A stretch of 64,000 bases of DNA from Macrostomum lignano (GCA_002269645.1 NIVC01002315.1:120471-184470); one strand, 5' to 3'. Positions 36,702-49,300 are shown, numbered from the stretch's first letter. The notes: generated by a model not told the origin, from the letters alone. A program made the numbers and translations.

Positions 36702-39700
36702 ATGGCGGACCAGCTGCCTATAGACAATGAGGCCGAGCCTCGCTACGAAGATGCCATCGATGTCGAAGATGCTGGGGAAGCTGAAGCAATGATGGCGGAA
36801 GAAGTAGAAGCAGAAGAAGAGCAATTAGAAATGGAAGAAGGTGAGGAAGAGTTTCACCTGGCGGAAGAAGATTTGCAGCTAGATGATGAAGACGGAGATG
36901 AGGAGGCTGATGAGCAGCCTGGCGATCAGATTGGTGCAGCGGCCGGATTTCCCGCTCTGCTGCGTCTGTTTCCGCGCCGACTGGCCTGGCCACAGCAGCC
37001 GGAGCCCGATGATGCTTCATCAGCAATGGAAGCGGCCAACGCGCCTCACCTCATCACTTTCAATCGCCAGCTGCCCAGAGAGCACGCTTACCTTGGCGGG
37101 GATCTTGAAGCGCCGTCCAATGTCTCCACTTCAACAGTTAATTCGCTGGCCGATTCAGGCGTGATAGAGCTGCCATGTCTCACCTGCTCCCTGGGCATCC
37201 TGCTGCCCGGCCAGCTGTTGCCGGTGGCGCTGTTCCGCCCGTCTGACGTGGCCCTGGTGTCCGGGATGCACTCTGGCCAGGTAGGCCCAGTGGCCGTGCT
37301 GCACCGCTACCGGTACAGCAGCACGGCCGAGCTGCTGTCCTGCAGAGAGGAAGTTGACGACAACGTCGGCTTGACGATGATCCGAGCTAAGCTGATTGGC
37401 CGTCGACGATTCGAAGCGTTGAGTGTCCGGCGAGACATTGCCGGCCGATTGTTGGCCAAAATTCGACTGCTGCCGGAGCCAAAGTGAGTGCCGCTGTGCT
37501 GCCGTGTCCTTCATCCTTGCTTCCTTAGATAGCTTTCATCTTAGTGATCTATTCCAGCTTTGAATGTATCACCATCAATCAATTAAAATGCTGCAACAAG
37601 CAAAAAAGCGAGGATTCGTTTCGAGTCTCGGCCAATGGGAAGGCAATGCGAAAGACTAGTAAAAATGATTTATAAAAACCATTGTTAAACCAGTCATAGA
37701 GTCACATTAGTGAGAGTCTTAAACGTAAGTTATTAAGTTATTTCACAGGGGCAAGCGGTCAAGCCACGGATGATGCTGACCTCTGAGCATGCTCACACAG
37801 GGTGTAAACTACAGCGGCCCTGGCTTGCATCGTCATGGACTGCCTGCCATATGCCTTAAACACATTAAGTAAATTGCTAGTTTACCTATTACCGCAGGCA
37901 AATGAGTCCGTGTTCGTTCAGGCGGCCCAGTCCCCGTCGATCGCTCGCACTGTCAACTTGTCCGTTCCCGTCCTGGGTGGCCGATGCCTACGATGCCAGA
38001 CAGCTGGTCAGCGCGGTGCGGACTGAGCTGGCCTCGTGCAATCGTTCCTGGTCGGAGGTGCAGGTGTGACTGCTGGTTGCATTGAGAATTTAAGCGACTA
38101 CCTTTCTTTGTATTTAAGACTTGGGTAGGCTACTGCAGTGCCTCCCTGAGTAGGCTATTGGAGGTCAGTGACCCCCTGAGCATTAACAGGTTCCTGAATA
38201 GGCTATTGGAGGTCAGTGACCCCCTGAGCATTAACAGGTTCCTGAATAGGCTATTGGAGGTCAGTGACCCCCTGAGCATTAACAGGTTCCTGAATAGGCT
38301 ATTGGAGGTTAGTGACCCCCTGAGCATTAACAGATCCCTGAATAGGCTATTGGAGGTTAGTGACCCCCTGAGCATTAACAGATCCCTGAATAGGCTATTG
38401 GAGGTTAGTGACCCCCTGAGCATTAACAGATTCCTTAATAGTCTATTGGGGAGGGTCAGTGCCCCCACCAACAGTTCCTTAGTCTTACACGTGTTTAGAG
38501 TGCTAGGAAGGTGCCCCACCAAGCACAGATCCTCTTATTGGTTTCTACGGTAACTAAACAGATTTCACATGTCTGAAACCGCCTGTTAAATGTTGAACTC
38601 ACAGGCCGGCCCAGACGAGCCCACCGCCTTTGCCAACTGGCTGCTGGAGCAGCTGCCCCTGCCAGATTGGCTCCGCGCTGACCTGCTCGGCTGCCCTCAT
38701 CCGTCCGGCTGCCTTCGCCGCTGCCTCCGTCTGCTCCGTCGCTGCACCACCCTGCGCTGTGTCCGCTGTTTGAACCGAGTCGCCGACAAATCCGCCATCT
38801 TCTGCTTGGCCGCCGGCGGCTCCACAGGCGCCTACGTTAATCCTGGCGGCCACGTCCACGAGATGATGACTGTGGCGGCGGCCACCGGGGTGCGGCCGGT
38901 TGGCCGGCCCTGCACCGAGCACAGCTGGTTCCCCGGATACGCTTGGCAGGTGAGTCTCTTGGCCGGAGCATTGCTCAATTAGCTTCTGAAGAATATTAGA
39001 AGCTATTTGATATTTGCACCTGTCCTGAAATTGTTATTAGCGCGCGCTTACGATAGTGAACATTAATGATAGTGAGCATTTATCATAGTGAGCATTTATG
39101 ATAGTGAGCATTTATGATATTGAGCATTTATAATAGTGAGCATTTATCATAGTGAGCATTTATAATAGTGAGCATTTATGATAGTGAGAATTTATGACAG
39201 TGAGCATTTATGATAGTGAGCATTTATGATATTGAGCATTTATAATAGTGAGCATTTATCATAGTGAGCATTTATAATAGTGAGCATTTATGATAGTGAG
39301 AATTTATGACAGTGAGCATTTATGATAGTGAGCATTTATGATAGTGAGCATTTATGTTAGTGAGCATTGATGTTAGTGAGCATTTGACGGTGAGCACTTA
39401 TGATAGTGAGAATTTATATAGCGTGGCATTATCAGCACAGCATTAACTATACTCATCTACAATAGTAAATCTCATCTGTCTTCTACGCAGATCCTGGAAT
39501 GCGCCCAGTGCTCCCGTCACATGGGCTGGCGTTTCTCCGCACAGAGCTCGGACACCCGGCCGGCCGCTTTCTACGGCCTGTGCCGGTCCTCCGTACAGCC
39601 GGATCTGACGGCCAGCCTAGAGGAGGAGCGGGACAACCCGGATGAGGCGCAACTAGCCGAGCTGGAGGCTGGAGCGCGAGTCCAGCTTCGCAGTGCCGGC

Positions 39701-39748
39701 CTGGGTGCGGCCGGACCCAGTTTTGCAGATGGCGATGACGCGGACTGA
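36702..39748 (+). CDS. CRBN: cereblon (acidic N-terminus, Lon-like domain, CULT domain)
   Basis: Exons 36702-37483, 37898-38063, 38605-38949 and 39491-39748 join in frame. Motifs REHAYLG, YVNPGGHVHE, TEHSWFPGYAW, HMGWRF; Zn-binding CVRC and CAQC pairs. Confidence 0.95.
38140..38460. repeat. intronic tandem repeat, 51-bp unit
   Basis: (AGGCTATTGGAGGTCAGTGACCCCCTGAGCATTAACAGGTTCCTGAAT...)n, about 6 copies in CRBN intron 2. Confidence 0.95.
39050..39420. repeat. intronic minisatellite, 16-bp unit
   Basis: (GATAGTGAGCATTTAT)n in CRBN intron 3. Confidence 0.95.
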
Positions 39749-40920
39749 GTTTCACAATAAGCGCAGTTTAATGTAGTTGTTCTTGGCAAAGTTGTCTAGT
39801 AGCCATGGTCTGATCAATATTGTTATCGATATCGTTCTGTATCTCTGAGTTGGTATTTCCTTCTCTGACAGTTGCGAGGCTTATTAATCCGGTTTTGTTC
39901 CATCAATCTTTCATCAAATTATCGACTTTTGTACTTTAGATGCTCCTCTGTCATTCAAGTCGTCTCCTTAGCTGTGTGGACAAAACTATTTATTGATGTA
40001 AATAAATATCATAATTCAACTGCATTCTGTTTTGAGTGATTGCGTGTGAAAATGTATTAGAGCAATGGAAATAATCTAAGATTAGGAAGACCATAGTGGG
40101 TTGTTAACTAAGTTATTATTATAAAATTCAGTAACTAGGAAAAGGGATCGCTAGCCCTGTGGATTAGTGCATATTTGGGGTTGCCCGTTGAAAACGTCAT
40201 TGCAAACAATTCACAGATGACTCTAGCGACTCAAATGACTTTAATGCGACTGTTGAGTCACGAGCGCATCACTTGGGTTGCAGAATCGTAAGAGTCGCAA
40301 AAGATTCGTCCCAAGAGTCTCTGTGTTGGCGCTTGGTACAGTAGAAGCGCAATGCGATTCAAATTGATTAAGTGACGCAGGTGCGCTTTAGACGCAACTC
40401 TGATTCTTTAGCGACTCTGGCACGCCTCAGATGCCACTCTACTGCCCCAGAGTTGCAGATAATAAAACGCCTCAAATTGGCTCATGCGACTCCTATGACG
40501 ACTTCGAAGACTAGTGGCATTGTCGTTTAAAGAGTCGTCTAGAGCCACTTCTTTCCTATTTTACCTGTGTTACCTGCAACGACTCTGGGGCGAAGCAAGT
40601 GACTCTGAGACGCTTCTTGACTTAGGTACCGTTTTCATCGGGTTAGCATTGCAAGTTAAGCAGAGTTGACCGCGGTTAGTATGCAGCTAGCTATCTGATA
40701 AATCGAGCTTGCGTCATCCACAAAGCAGCCATAGCTACCTCCGATCAGCTTTCGGCAATGGCTTGACCCCTTTGTGGCCTGGCCGCCGACCGGGACTCCA
40801 TGGAGGATGACACCTATGCCAAGCGCTGGAGTAGCTCTCGGGATGATGCTTGGACAGTTGGACTGGTTTCCTCCTCAGTCAGACGTAATTCTGAGTCTCC
40901 TCTTATCCATTTACTCTCTG

Positions 40921-41140
40921 GGCATAGCAGCTCAGCGGTAAACGCGTCTGAAGCTCACATTACCGCCCCGGGTTCGAATCCGTACGCGGGCACATTTATG
41001 TGGAGCTTGTGCATCGGTGAGGGCCAACTCCTAAGGCACATAGAGTGTACATTCTTGACAATTAGAAATTCAACAAGGGCTGCTTTACACCCCCTGTGTG
41101 AGCCGTGTGTGAGTGCTCAGGAGTCTGCGAAATAAATAGA
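40921..41140 (+). mobile_element. tRNA-derived SINE (family A)
   Basis: GCAGCTCAGCGGTAAACGCGTCTGA...GGTTCGAATCC head; tail AGAGTGTACA...CTGTGTGAGC is shared with the copy at 14690-14840 and a fragment near 37785-37830. Confidence 0.7.
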
Positions 41141-41226
41141 ATCGCCCCATAGCCTTGGGCCAGGTTGTCCACAACGCTCCCGTGTATAGAATGGCCTAAT
41201 CAAAACCAAACTGAAACTCTCCTCAG

Positions 41227-42785
41227 CGACCTGTTAGTATTCGAGTTCTGCAGTTCAGCTCTCAGGCGGCGTCTGCGGCGGCTGCTGCCTCGGCGGCGCC
41301 GGGCTCGCATTCGCCCGTGCTGGCGGACGCTGTCACCGAGCTGCTGGTTGGCGCCTGCCAAGGAACTCGCCGCCCCGGCAGCCGGATTCTGCTGCTCGAC
41401 GCCACATTTGGCGCCGGCGGTCACACCCGACGACTGTTAAGAGGGGCGTCCGAAGCGTCGACGCCGATCACAGTGTACGCCAACGATCGCGATCCTGCCG
41501 CCTACCGGCTTGCCGGACAGCTGTCCGAGTCTTTGCCGCCCGGCTCCGACTCCGCCTCGGTGGTGCCGCTGTTGGGGAAATTCTCCCAGCTGGCCGAGCA
41601 CGCTGAGCTGACGGGCGTTGAGGGCATCGATGGCGCCCTGTTTGACCTGGGCCTGTGCTCAGCACAGCTGGATGAGGCAAGGCGCGGCTTCGCCCTGTCA
41701 GCTGACGGGCCGCTCGACATGCGCATGGGCGGCCCGGCCGAGGCCGACTCGCCAACCGCCGCCGATCTCGTCAACGGGCTGGAGACCGGCGACCTCGCCG
41801 CTCTGTTTCGCGCCTACGGCGAAGAGCCAATGGCGCGCCGGCTGGCCCGGGCCGTGGTTGAGCGGCGCAGCGGGCCGCGCGGACCTCTGCGCACGACGAA
41901 ACAGCTGGCCGATTGCCTGGCGGACGCTGTGGGCAGCGCGCGTCGGAAAGACAGCTTGGGCCGCAGTGCGCACCCGGCGACGCGAGTGTTTCAGGTGAGA
42001 GGAAACAGATAGTCAAGCCTGATGTTTTGTACCTTTGCTAAGCGTTGTTCTGATACATATCGGCTATTAGTTGATCCGTTTAAAAATGATTAGTATGGTG
42101 AACATGTTTTTTGTTATCATGTCGGTCTGAAAGGACGGTCTAAATAATTAGACAGAGTTTTCTGTACTTCGATACATATCGGCAAGCAAAGAATTTGTTT
42201 TAAAAATATTCTTAAGTAGTATAAATATATTTTTTGTAAAATTTTGTTCAAGTATATATATTCGTCTAAATTACTATTCTAGGTGCCTTCAATAGTTTCA
42301 ATACGCATCGGACATAAATCATTTAAATAGTGTCAGTAGTATAAATGGAGTTTATTGTCATAATATATAAATATGAAAAATAAAAACCCCAATCGCAGGC
42401 GCTACGGATCGCGGTGAACAACGAATTTATTGAGCTTCTCAGCGGGCTCCAGCTGGCCAGACAGCTGCTCAAGCCCGGCGCGCCTTGCCTGGTGCTGTCC
42501 TTCCACTCGCTTGAGGATCGCCTGGTCAAGCGCGTCTTCGCCAACCGGTCGCTGGACGACCTCTGCTGTCCGGCCGCCTGGGCCGACGCTTTCAAGCGGC
42601 AACGATCGCCGCAGTCGCTGCACGCCGAGCCGCCGCCGCCGCCGCCGCCGCCGCAGCCGCAGCTCTGGCAGCTGATGCGGTTCGATTCGAATCGGGGCGA
42701 AGATTACCTGATGGCCGGGCCGGCCGAGGTGGCCGAGAATCCTCGGGCCCGTTCGGCTCGGCTGCGAGTCGGACTGAAACTGTGA
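41227..42785 (+). CDS. METTL15: mitochondrial 12S rRNA m4C methyltransferase (RsmH/MraW family)
   Basis: Exons 41227-41994 and 42399-42785. Motifs HSPVL, LDATFGAGGHT, DRDP, DLGLCSAQLD..RGF...DGPLDMRM, HPATRVFQ|ALRIAVNNE, SFHSLEDRLVK, NPRARSARLR. The start codon is unresolved (see findings). Confidence 0.93.
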
Positions 42786-42907
42786 CTGCGCTTTTTTCAG
42801 AGACAATTTTTAATTGCGCCGTTGCTGTATTTTGTTTTAAAACATTGCTCATTTTGTTATAGTGTCTCAATAATTTCCGGGTTTGCACTCTTCTGAAGTT
42901 AGTGGTG

Positions 42908-43020
42908 CAGAGGTCGGCAAACTCCGGCCGGCGAAGCCTCTCAAGAGGAAGGCCCGCTCAAGGTTTGCGTCTGCTCAGCTCTCTTCTCTCTAATCTCCTT
43001 TCATCTCTCTCCTCTCCTTT
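42908..43020. mobile_element. truncated hAT-like MITE, same family as 631-814
   Basis: Starts CAGAGGTCGGCAAACTCCGG and aligns to the reverse complement of 720-814; the second TIR is missing. Confidence 0.6.
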
Positions 43021-43292
43021 CCTTTCATCTGAAATGTGAAACTTACGGAATATAAACTTTAGCGAATGTGAAATTCTGATATTTTATCAGCTGGTCTATC
43101 CGGCGCAGCCGGCCATCTGTAAACATTCTGTGTAAACATCATTTTCAAGCTAGTTTTCAGTGCTTATATTGGGTAGCAGTTACTGGTGTGTTTGAAAACC
43201 GTCATCACTACGCAACACACGTGCTGGTTGAATTAGCCAGTTTTGAAGTTGTAGCGATGCGTAATATACTCGGCATTCTTCATTAAGCAATC

Positions 43293-43620
43293 CCTGTCAA
43301 ATAACTTGCAACAAGTTGACTAACTTGTAGCCTAGTGGCTAGAGCGTTAGACTTACGACTTGAAGGTCGGGGGTTCGATTCCCTATCCCACTGGGAACAA
43401 TTTGTGTCCTTGAGCCTGTCAAATAACTTGCAACAAGTTAACTAACTTGTAGCCTAGTGGCTAGAGCGTTCGACTCACGACTTGAAGGTCGGGGGTTCGA
43501 TTCCCCATCCCACTGGGAACAGTTTGTGTCCTTGAGCAAGACACTTAACTCTGCATTGCTTCAGTTCACCCAGCTGTAAAGTTAGGGTGTGTGTGTGTGG
43601 CGACCCCCCAGTCCTTGGAC
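43293..43620 (+). mobile_element. tRNA-derived SINE (family B) with tandemly duplicated 5' part and a CORE-like central domain
   Basis: A box TAGCCTAGTGG and B box GGTTCGATTCC, present twice (43293-43414 and 43415 onward); then GTGTCCTTGAGCAAGACACTTAACTC...CAGCTGTAAA, resembling the conserved central domain of CORE-type SINEs. Confidence 0.75.
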
Positions 43621-44419
43621 TGAACAGCCGTACGCAGCCTTCAGATGCGCCGCGCAATAGCTGCGGCTGAGCTGTCGGTTGCACACCTGGCCATTAGGGC
43701 AGGTGTCATCAATTAATTAAGCAATAAACTCACACAATCTCGAATGCATTTCCAATTCAATTCAATTATTATTAATGTTGCTAATTAGCCTTTCTGTGCC
43801 TACAACTTTGTTTGTTATTCTATTGTAACAGATAAAGTTCAGAAAAAAACAGCATTTGAAGTGTTTGATAGCTAATGTAAATAATGAAGCCAACCCCTCT
43901 AAGAGGAGCCTGCACCGGCTACATGTGCAATCATTTACCAGTTCACACACTACGCAGCACCAGCTTCACTGCAAGGCTGACTGGGTAATTTACAGAAGTT
44001 ATATATTATTTCATCATCTTGCTGTTGTGTGTGTGTGCCCAATATCCGTACATGTATTAGCTAAATGTACATGCGGTGCGTGTGTCTGTCTATAGCTGCC
44101 TGTCTATATAAACTGTGTCAAATTAGAACTGTACTGTGCTGACTTCTCTGTCAGTCTCTCAGGCTGGTGAATTCTGTTCCTCACTGCGCGGATTGCATAT
44201 ACCGAGGTAGCTGGCTGCAGAACTGCCGAAGGAATTCAGTGCACAATACTGCAACTGTGTCACTTACTGTCTTGGACTCAAGGTTGAAATCGATTGAATG
44301 CATTGTGCTAGTGCTCACGTGTTTATGTGCTAGCTTACTGGATTTGGAGTTTTAGACATGTACATGCTCTCGTGTACATGTGCATGCCAATGCGTTTCAA
44401 AATGTACAGCTTGATAGAT

Positions 44420-46340
44420 TGAGAGCTACATTACAGTGCAAAACATGGTAGATTGAGAGCTAAATTACAGTGTACAACATGGTAGATTCGGAGCTACATT
44501 ACAGTGTACAACATGGTAGATTGAGAGCTACATTACAGTGTACAACTTTGTAGATTCAGAGCTACATTACAGTGTACAACTTTGTAGATTCAGAGCTACA
44601 TTACAGTGTACAACTTTGTAAATTTAGGGCTACATTAGTGTACAACTTGGTAGATTCAGAGCTACATTACAGTGCACAACATGGTAGATTGAGAGCTAAA
44701 TTACAGTGTACAACATGGTAGATTCGGAGCTACATTACAGTGTACAACATGGTAGATTGAGAGCTACATTACAGTGTACAACTTTGTAGATTCAGAGCTA
44801 CATTACAGTGTACAACTTGGTAGATTCAGAGCTACATTACAGTGTTCAACTTGGTATATTCAGAGCTACATTACAGTGTACAACATGGTAGATTGAGAGC
44901 TACATTACAGTGCACAACATGGTAGATTGAGAGCTAAATTACAGTGTACAACATGGTAGATTCGGAGCTACATTAGTGTACAACATGGTAGATTGAGAGC
45001 TACATTACAGTGTACAACTTTGTAGATTCAGAGCTACATTACAGTGTACAACTTTGTAGATTCAGAGCTACATTACAGTGTACAACTTTGTAAATTTAGG
45101 GCTACATTAGTGTACAACTTGGTAGATTCAGAGCTACATTACAGTGTACAACTTGGTAGATTCAGAGCTACATTACAGTGTTCAACTTGGTATATTCAGA
45201 GCTACATTAGTGTACAACATGGTAGATTCAGAGCTACATTACAGTGTTCAACTTGGTATATTCAGAGCTACATTACAGTGTACAACATGGTAGATAGAGA
45301 GCTACATTACAGTGCACAACATGGTAGATTGAGAGCTACATTACAGTGTACAACATTGTAGATTCGGAGCTACATTACAGTGTACAACTTGGTAGATTGA
45401 GAGCTACATTAGTGCACAACTTGGTAGATTGAGAGCTAAATTACAGTGTACAACATGGTAGATTGAGAGCTACATTACAGTGTACAACATGGTAGATTGA
45501 GAGCTACATGTACATTACAGTGTACAACTTGGTAGATTGAGAGCTACATTACAGTGTACAACATGGTAGATTGAGAGCTAAATTACAGTGTACAACATGG
45601 TAGATTGAGAGCTACATTACAGTGCACAACTTGGTAGATTCAGAGCTACATTACAGTGCACAACTTGGTAGATTCAGAGCTACATTACAGTGTACAACTT
45701 GGTAGATTGAGAGCTACATTACAGTGTACAACTTGGTAGATTGAGAGCTACATTACAGTGTACAACATGGTAGATTGAGAGCTACATTAGTGCACAACTT
45801 GGTAGATTCAGAGCTACATTACAGTGTACAACATGGTAGATTGAGAGCTACATTACAGTGTACAACTTGGTAGATTGAGAGCTACATTACAGTGTACAAC
45901 ATGGTAGATTGAGAGCTACATTAGTGCACAACTTGGTAGATTGAGAGCTACATTACAGTGCACAACATGGTAGATTGAGAGCTACATTACAGTGTACAAC
46001 ATGGTAGATTCGGAGCTACATTACAGTGTACAACATGGTAGATTGAGAGCTACATTACAGTGTACAACTTTGTAGATTCAGAGCTACATTACAGTGTACA
46101 ACTTGGTAGATTCAGAGCTACATTACAGTGTTCAACTTGGTATATTCAGAGCTACATTACAGTGTACACATTGGTAGATTGAGAGCTAAATTACAGTGTA
46201 CAACATGGTAAATTCAGAGCTACATTACAGTGTACAACATGGTAAATTCAGAGCTACATTACAGTGTACACATTGGTAGATTGAAAGCTACATTACAGTG
46301 CACACCTTGGTAGATTGAGAGCTAACATTACAGTGTTTAT
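44420..46340. repeat. minisatellite, 34-bp unit (31-bp deletion variants)
   Basis: (ACATTACAGTGTACAACATGGTAGATTGAGAGCT)n over ~1.9 kb, ending just before the TRIM first coding exon. Confidence 0.97.
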
Positions 46341-46378
46341 CAGCTATTCAAACATTGCATATCTGAATGCAGGGACCA

Positions 46379-49300
46379 ATGTCCAAGGCTCGTCAGGACC
46401 TGGAAGACCGGGTTACCTGCCCTGTATGCCTGGAGCACTTTGTCGATCCGCGCCACCTGAGCCAGTGCAATCACACGGTGTGTCTGCGCTGCTACGCCCG
46501 AATGCTGGCCGGCGTACCGGAGGGTGTCCGGTGTCCGCTGGGCTGTCCGGGTGTCTGCGACAAGCGGCCAGAAGATTTGGCACCGAATCGTACCATGTTG
46601 GATCTGCTGGAGCAGGTGACATGCGCGGTTTCTCAATCGAGTCAAAGTGTTGTTACAGGCGCTCAAATTCCACACAACTGACTTGACATTTATCAACAGG
46701 GACTGGCCCCCAACAACAGGGACTGGATATTCAACAACAGGGACTGGACATTCGACAACAGGGACTGTTAATTCAACAACAGGGACTGGACATTCAGCAA
46801 CAGGGACTGGACATTCAGCAACAGGGACTGGACATTCAGCAACAGGGACTGTTGATTTAACAACAGGGACTGGACACTAAACAACAGGGACTGGACACCA
46901 AACAACAGGGACTGGACACCAAACAACAGGGACTGGACACCAAACAACAGGGACACCAAACAACAGGGACTGGACACCAAACAACAGGGACACCAAACAA
47001 CAGGGACTGGACACCAAACAACAGGGACTGGACACCAAACAACAGGGACTGGACAGCAAACAACAGGGATTGGACACCAAACAACAGGGACTGGACATTC
47101 AGCAACAGGGACTGTTGATTTAACAACAGGGACTGGACACCAAACAGCAGGGATTGGACACCAAACAACAGGGACTGGACATTCAGCAACAGGGACTGGA
47201 CAATCAACAACAGGGACTGGACAGTCAACAACAGGGACTGGACAGTCAACAACAGGGACTGGACAGTCAACAACAGGGACTGGACAGTCAACAACAGGCA
47301 CTGTTGATTTAACAACAATTTTCACACACCTGAAATCCTCAGGCGAACCGCGCCCACTTGCTTGCCGTGGCGCGCCCGAACGGCGCCGCCTGCCAGCGCA
47401 GCGGCTGCTCCCGCGCCAGCCACGGTCGTTGCGAGCACTGCGACGCCGATTTGTGCAGTCGGCACCTGCTTGAGGACGCCTATCTCTATGGCAACGCTTG
47501 CGAGTCACTCTGCCAGACGACGCGCCGCCTCGCTGACGAGGCCGAAGCCGCCTGGCGTCGAATGCTGGCCGGACAGGAGGCTCGGCGCGGCCGTCTATCC
47601 GAGCTGCAGGTCAGTTCATCAGTGCGCGTGCACTTATGGTCTGTGCCAAAGGTGTTGACAAGCCCCGAATATGCTCGTACTCTTGTTGCGTCTTGGCGCA
47701 TCCATTGCGTCTTGACGTGCTCTAGTATCCAAGTGTACTAGTGTGCCTCTGTGTCTCAAATGGGCTTTGAGTGCGTCTTATCGCGTCCTAGTATCTGCTT
47801 CTGTGCCAAGAATCAATGCAAACCTCACTTTTGCTGAGTGAATCTCTTAACTGCATCGATATTCTCTGTCTCCTTAAAATCTTGTGGATATTTTGCCCGC
47901 CGAATGTTTTGGCCCCCGGATGTTTTTTCCCGGATGTTTTCCCCCCGATGTTTTGCACCCTCCCGTATGTTTTGCCCCCCCCCCGGATGTTTTGCCCCCC
48001 CGGATGTTTTGCCCCCCCCGGATGATTTGCCCGTTGGACGTTTGCCCTGTCTGATTTTTTCCCATTAGCCTACCCTTCACTTCTCTTCTTTAATACGCGA
48101 GAAGAGCTGTTATTATTAAATAATCTGATATTCCGCGGACCGCCAGACCGCCTGTCGCGAGCTGCTCACTCTTGCACGGGACGCCGACGCCGCGGCGGAA
48201 GGGCGCGCCAAATCTGCGCTCTCAGCGGCGCAATCCGAGGCCGACCGGCGCCGCGAGGCCCGCAGCCTGGCCGACCAGCTGGAGCGGGAGACGGCCGAGG
48301 GCAACACGGCCGAGATGCGCCGGCTGGCCGAGCGGCTCCAGCCGCTGCTCGACCGCCTGCGGACACGTCGACTGGCCGGCGAAGCCGACGCTCGCGCCGA
48401 GGCGGCCACGTCGGAAGCGCTTGAGCGTCTTGGTGAGGCCTGCGCAGAGCTTCGACGCTTAGCAGCTCCGCTGGCGCGTCGGCTGAGCAGTTGCGATGCT
48501 GCCGGAGGCGCCTGCGGCGGCGGCGGAGGCGGCGGAGCAGCCGGCGGCGATGCCGGAGTTCGCTGGCCCCCTAAGAAGATTTTTCACTACCGCTGCACTG
48601 ACGCTGCGGTTGTGGTGCACTCGGGCCGCGGCCTGGTGTGCCGCCCCGGCCTAGCCGGCATTCGAATAGCGACAGAGACGGAGCTGACGGACGGCCAGGG
48701 CGGCGACTCTGGATGGGAGCCGCTTCCGTCGCCTGTTGTCTACCTGCTGGCCCAGGGTGGCTCAGTCATCAAGGTGGCTATGGGGATCGATGGGGATGTA
48801 GAGATGAAGGCGGCTTTCGGGATCGATGGGGATGTTGGGATCACGGCCGGCTGTGGGGATCGATAGGGATGTTGGGATCAAGGTGGCTGTTAGGATCGAT
48901 GGGGATGTTGGGATCAAGGCGAATGCGGGGATCGATAGGGATGTTGGGATCAAGGTGGCTGTTAGGATCGATGGGGATGTAGGGATCAAGGCGAATGCGG
49001 GGATCGATATGGATGTTGGGATCAAGGCGGCTGTTAGGATCGATGGGGATGTAGGGATCAAGGCGGATTCGGAGATCGATTGGGGATGTTGGGATCAAGG
49101 TGGCTGGAGGATGTGCACGGGGCTTCGAATGGCTCTCAGCTTTTTACATGTGCTTATTCCACTTACCAGGTCCTCAGCTGCTCGGGCCGAAGCCTGACTT
49201 CACTGCAGTTGGACTCTTCTTCATCGGCGGTAGCTGACGCTGCGATCGCTTCAACCACTGTGGGCAGCCTGACCTGCCTGCTGTACATCGGCGGTCCCGA

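Noticed and set aside
1771-46340. CRISPR-like appearance of regular arrays
   Set aside because: Units are contiguous with no unique spacers, there are no cas genes, and the DNA is eukaryotic.
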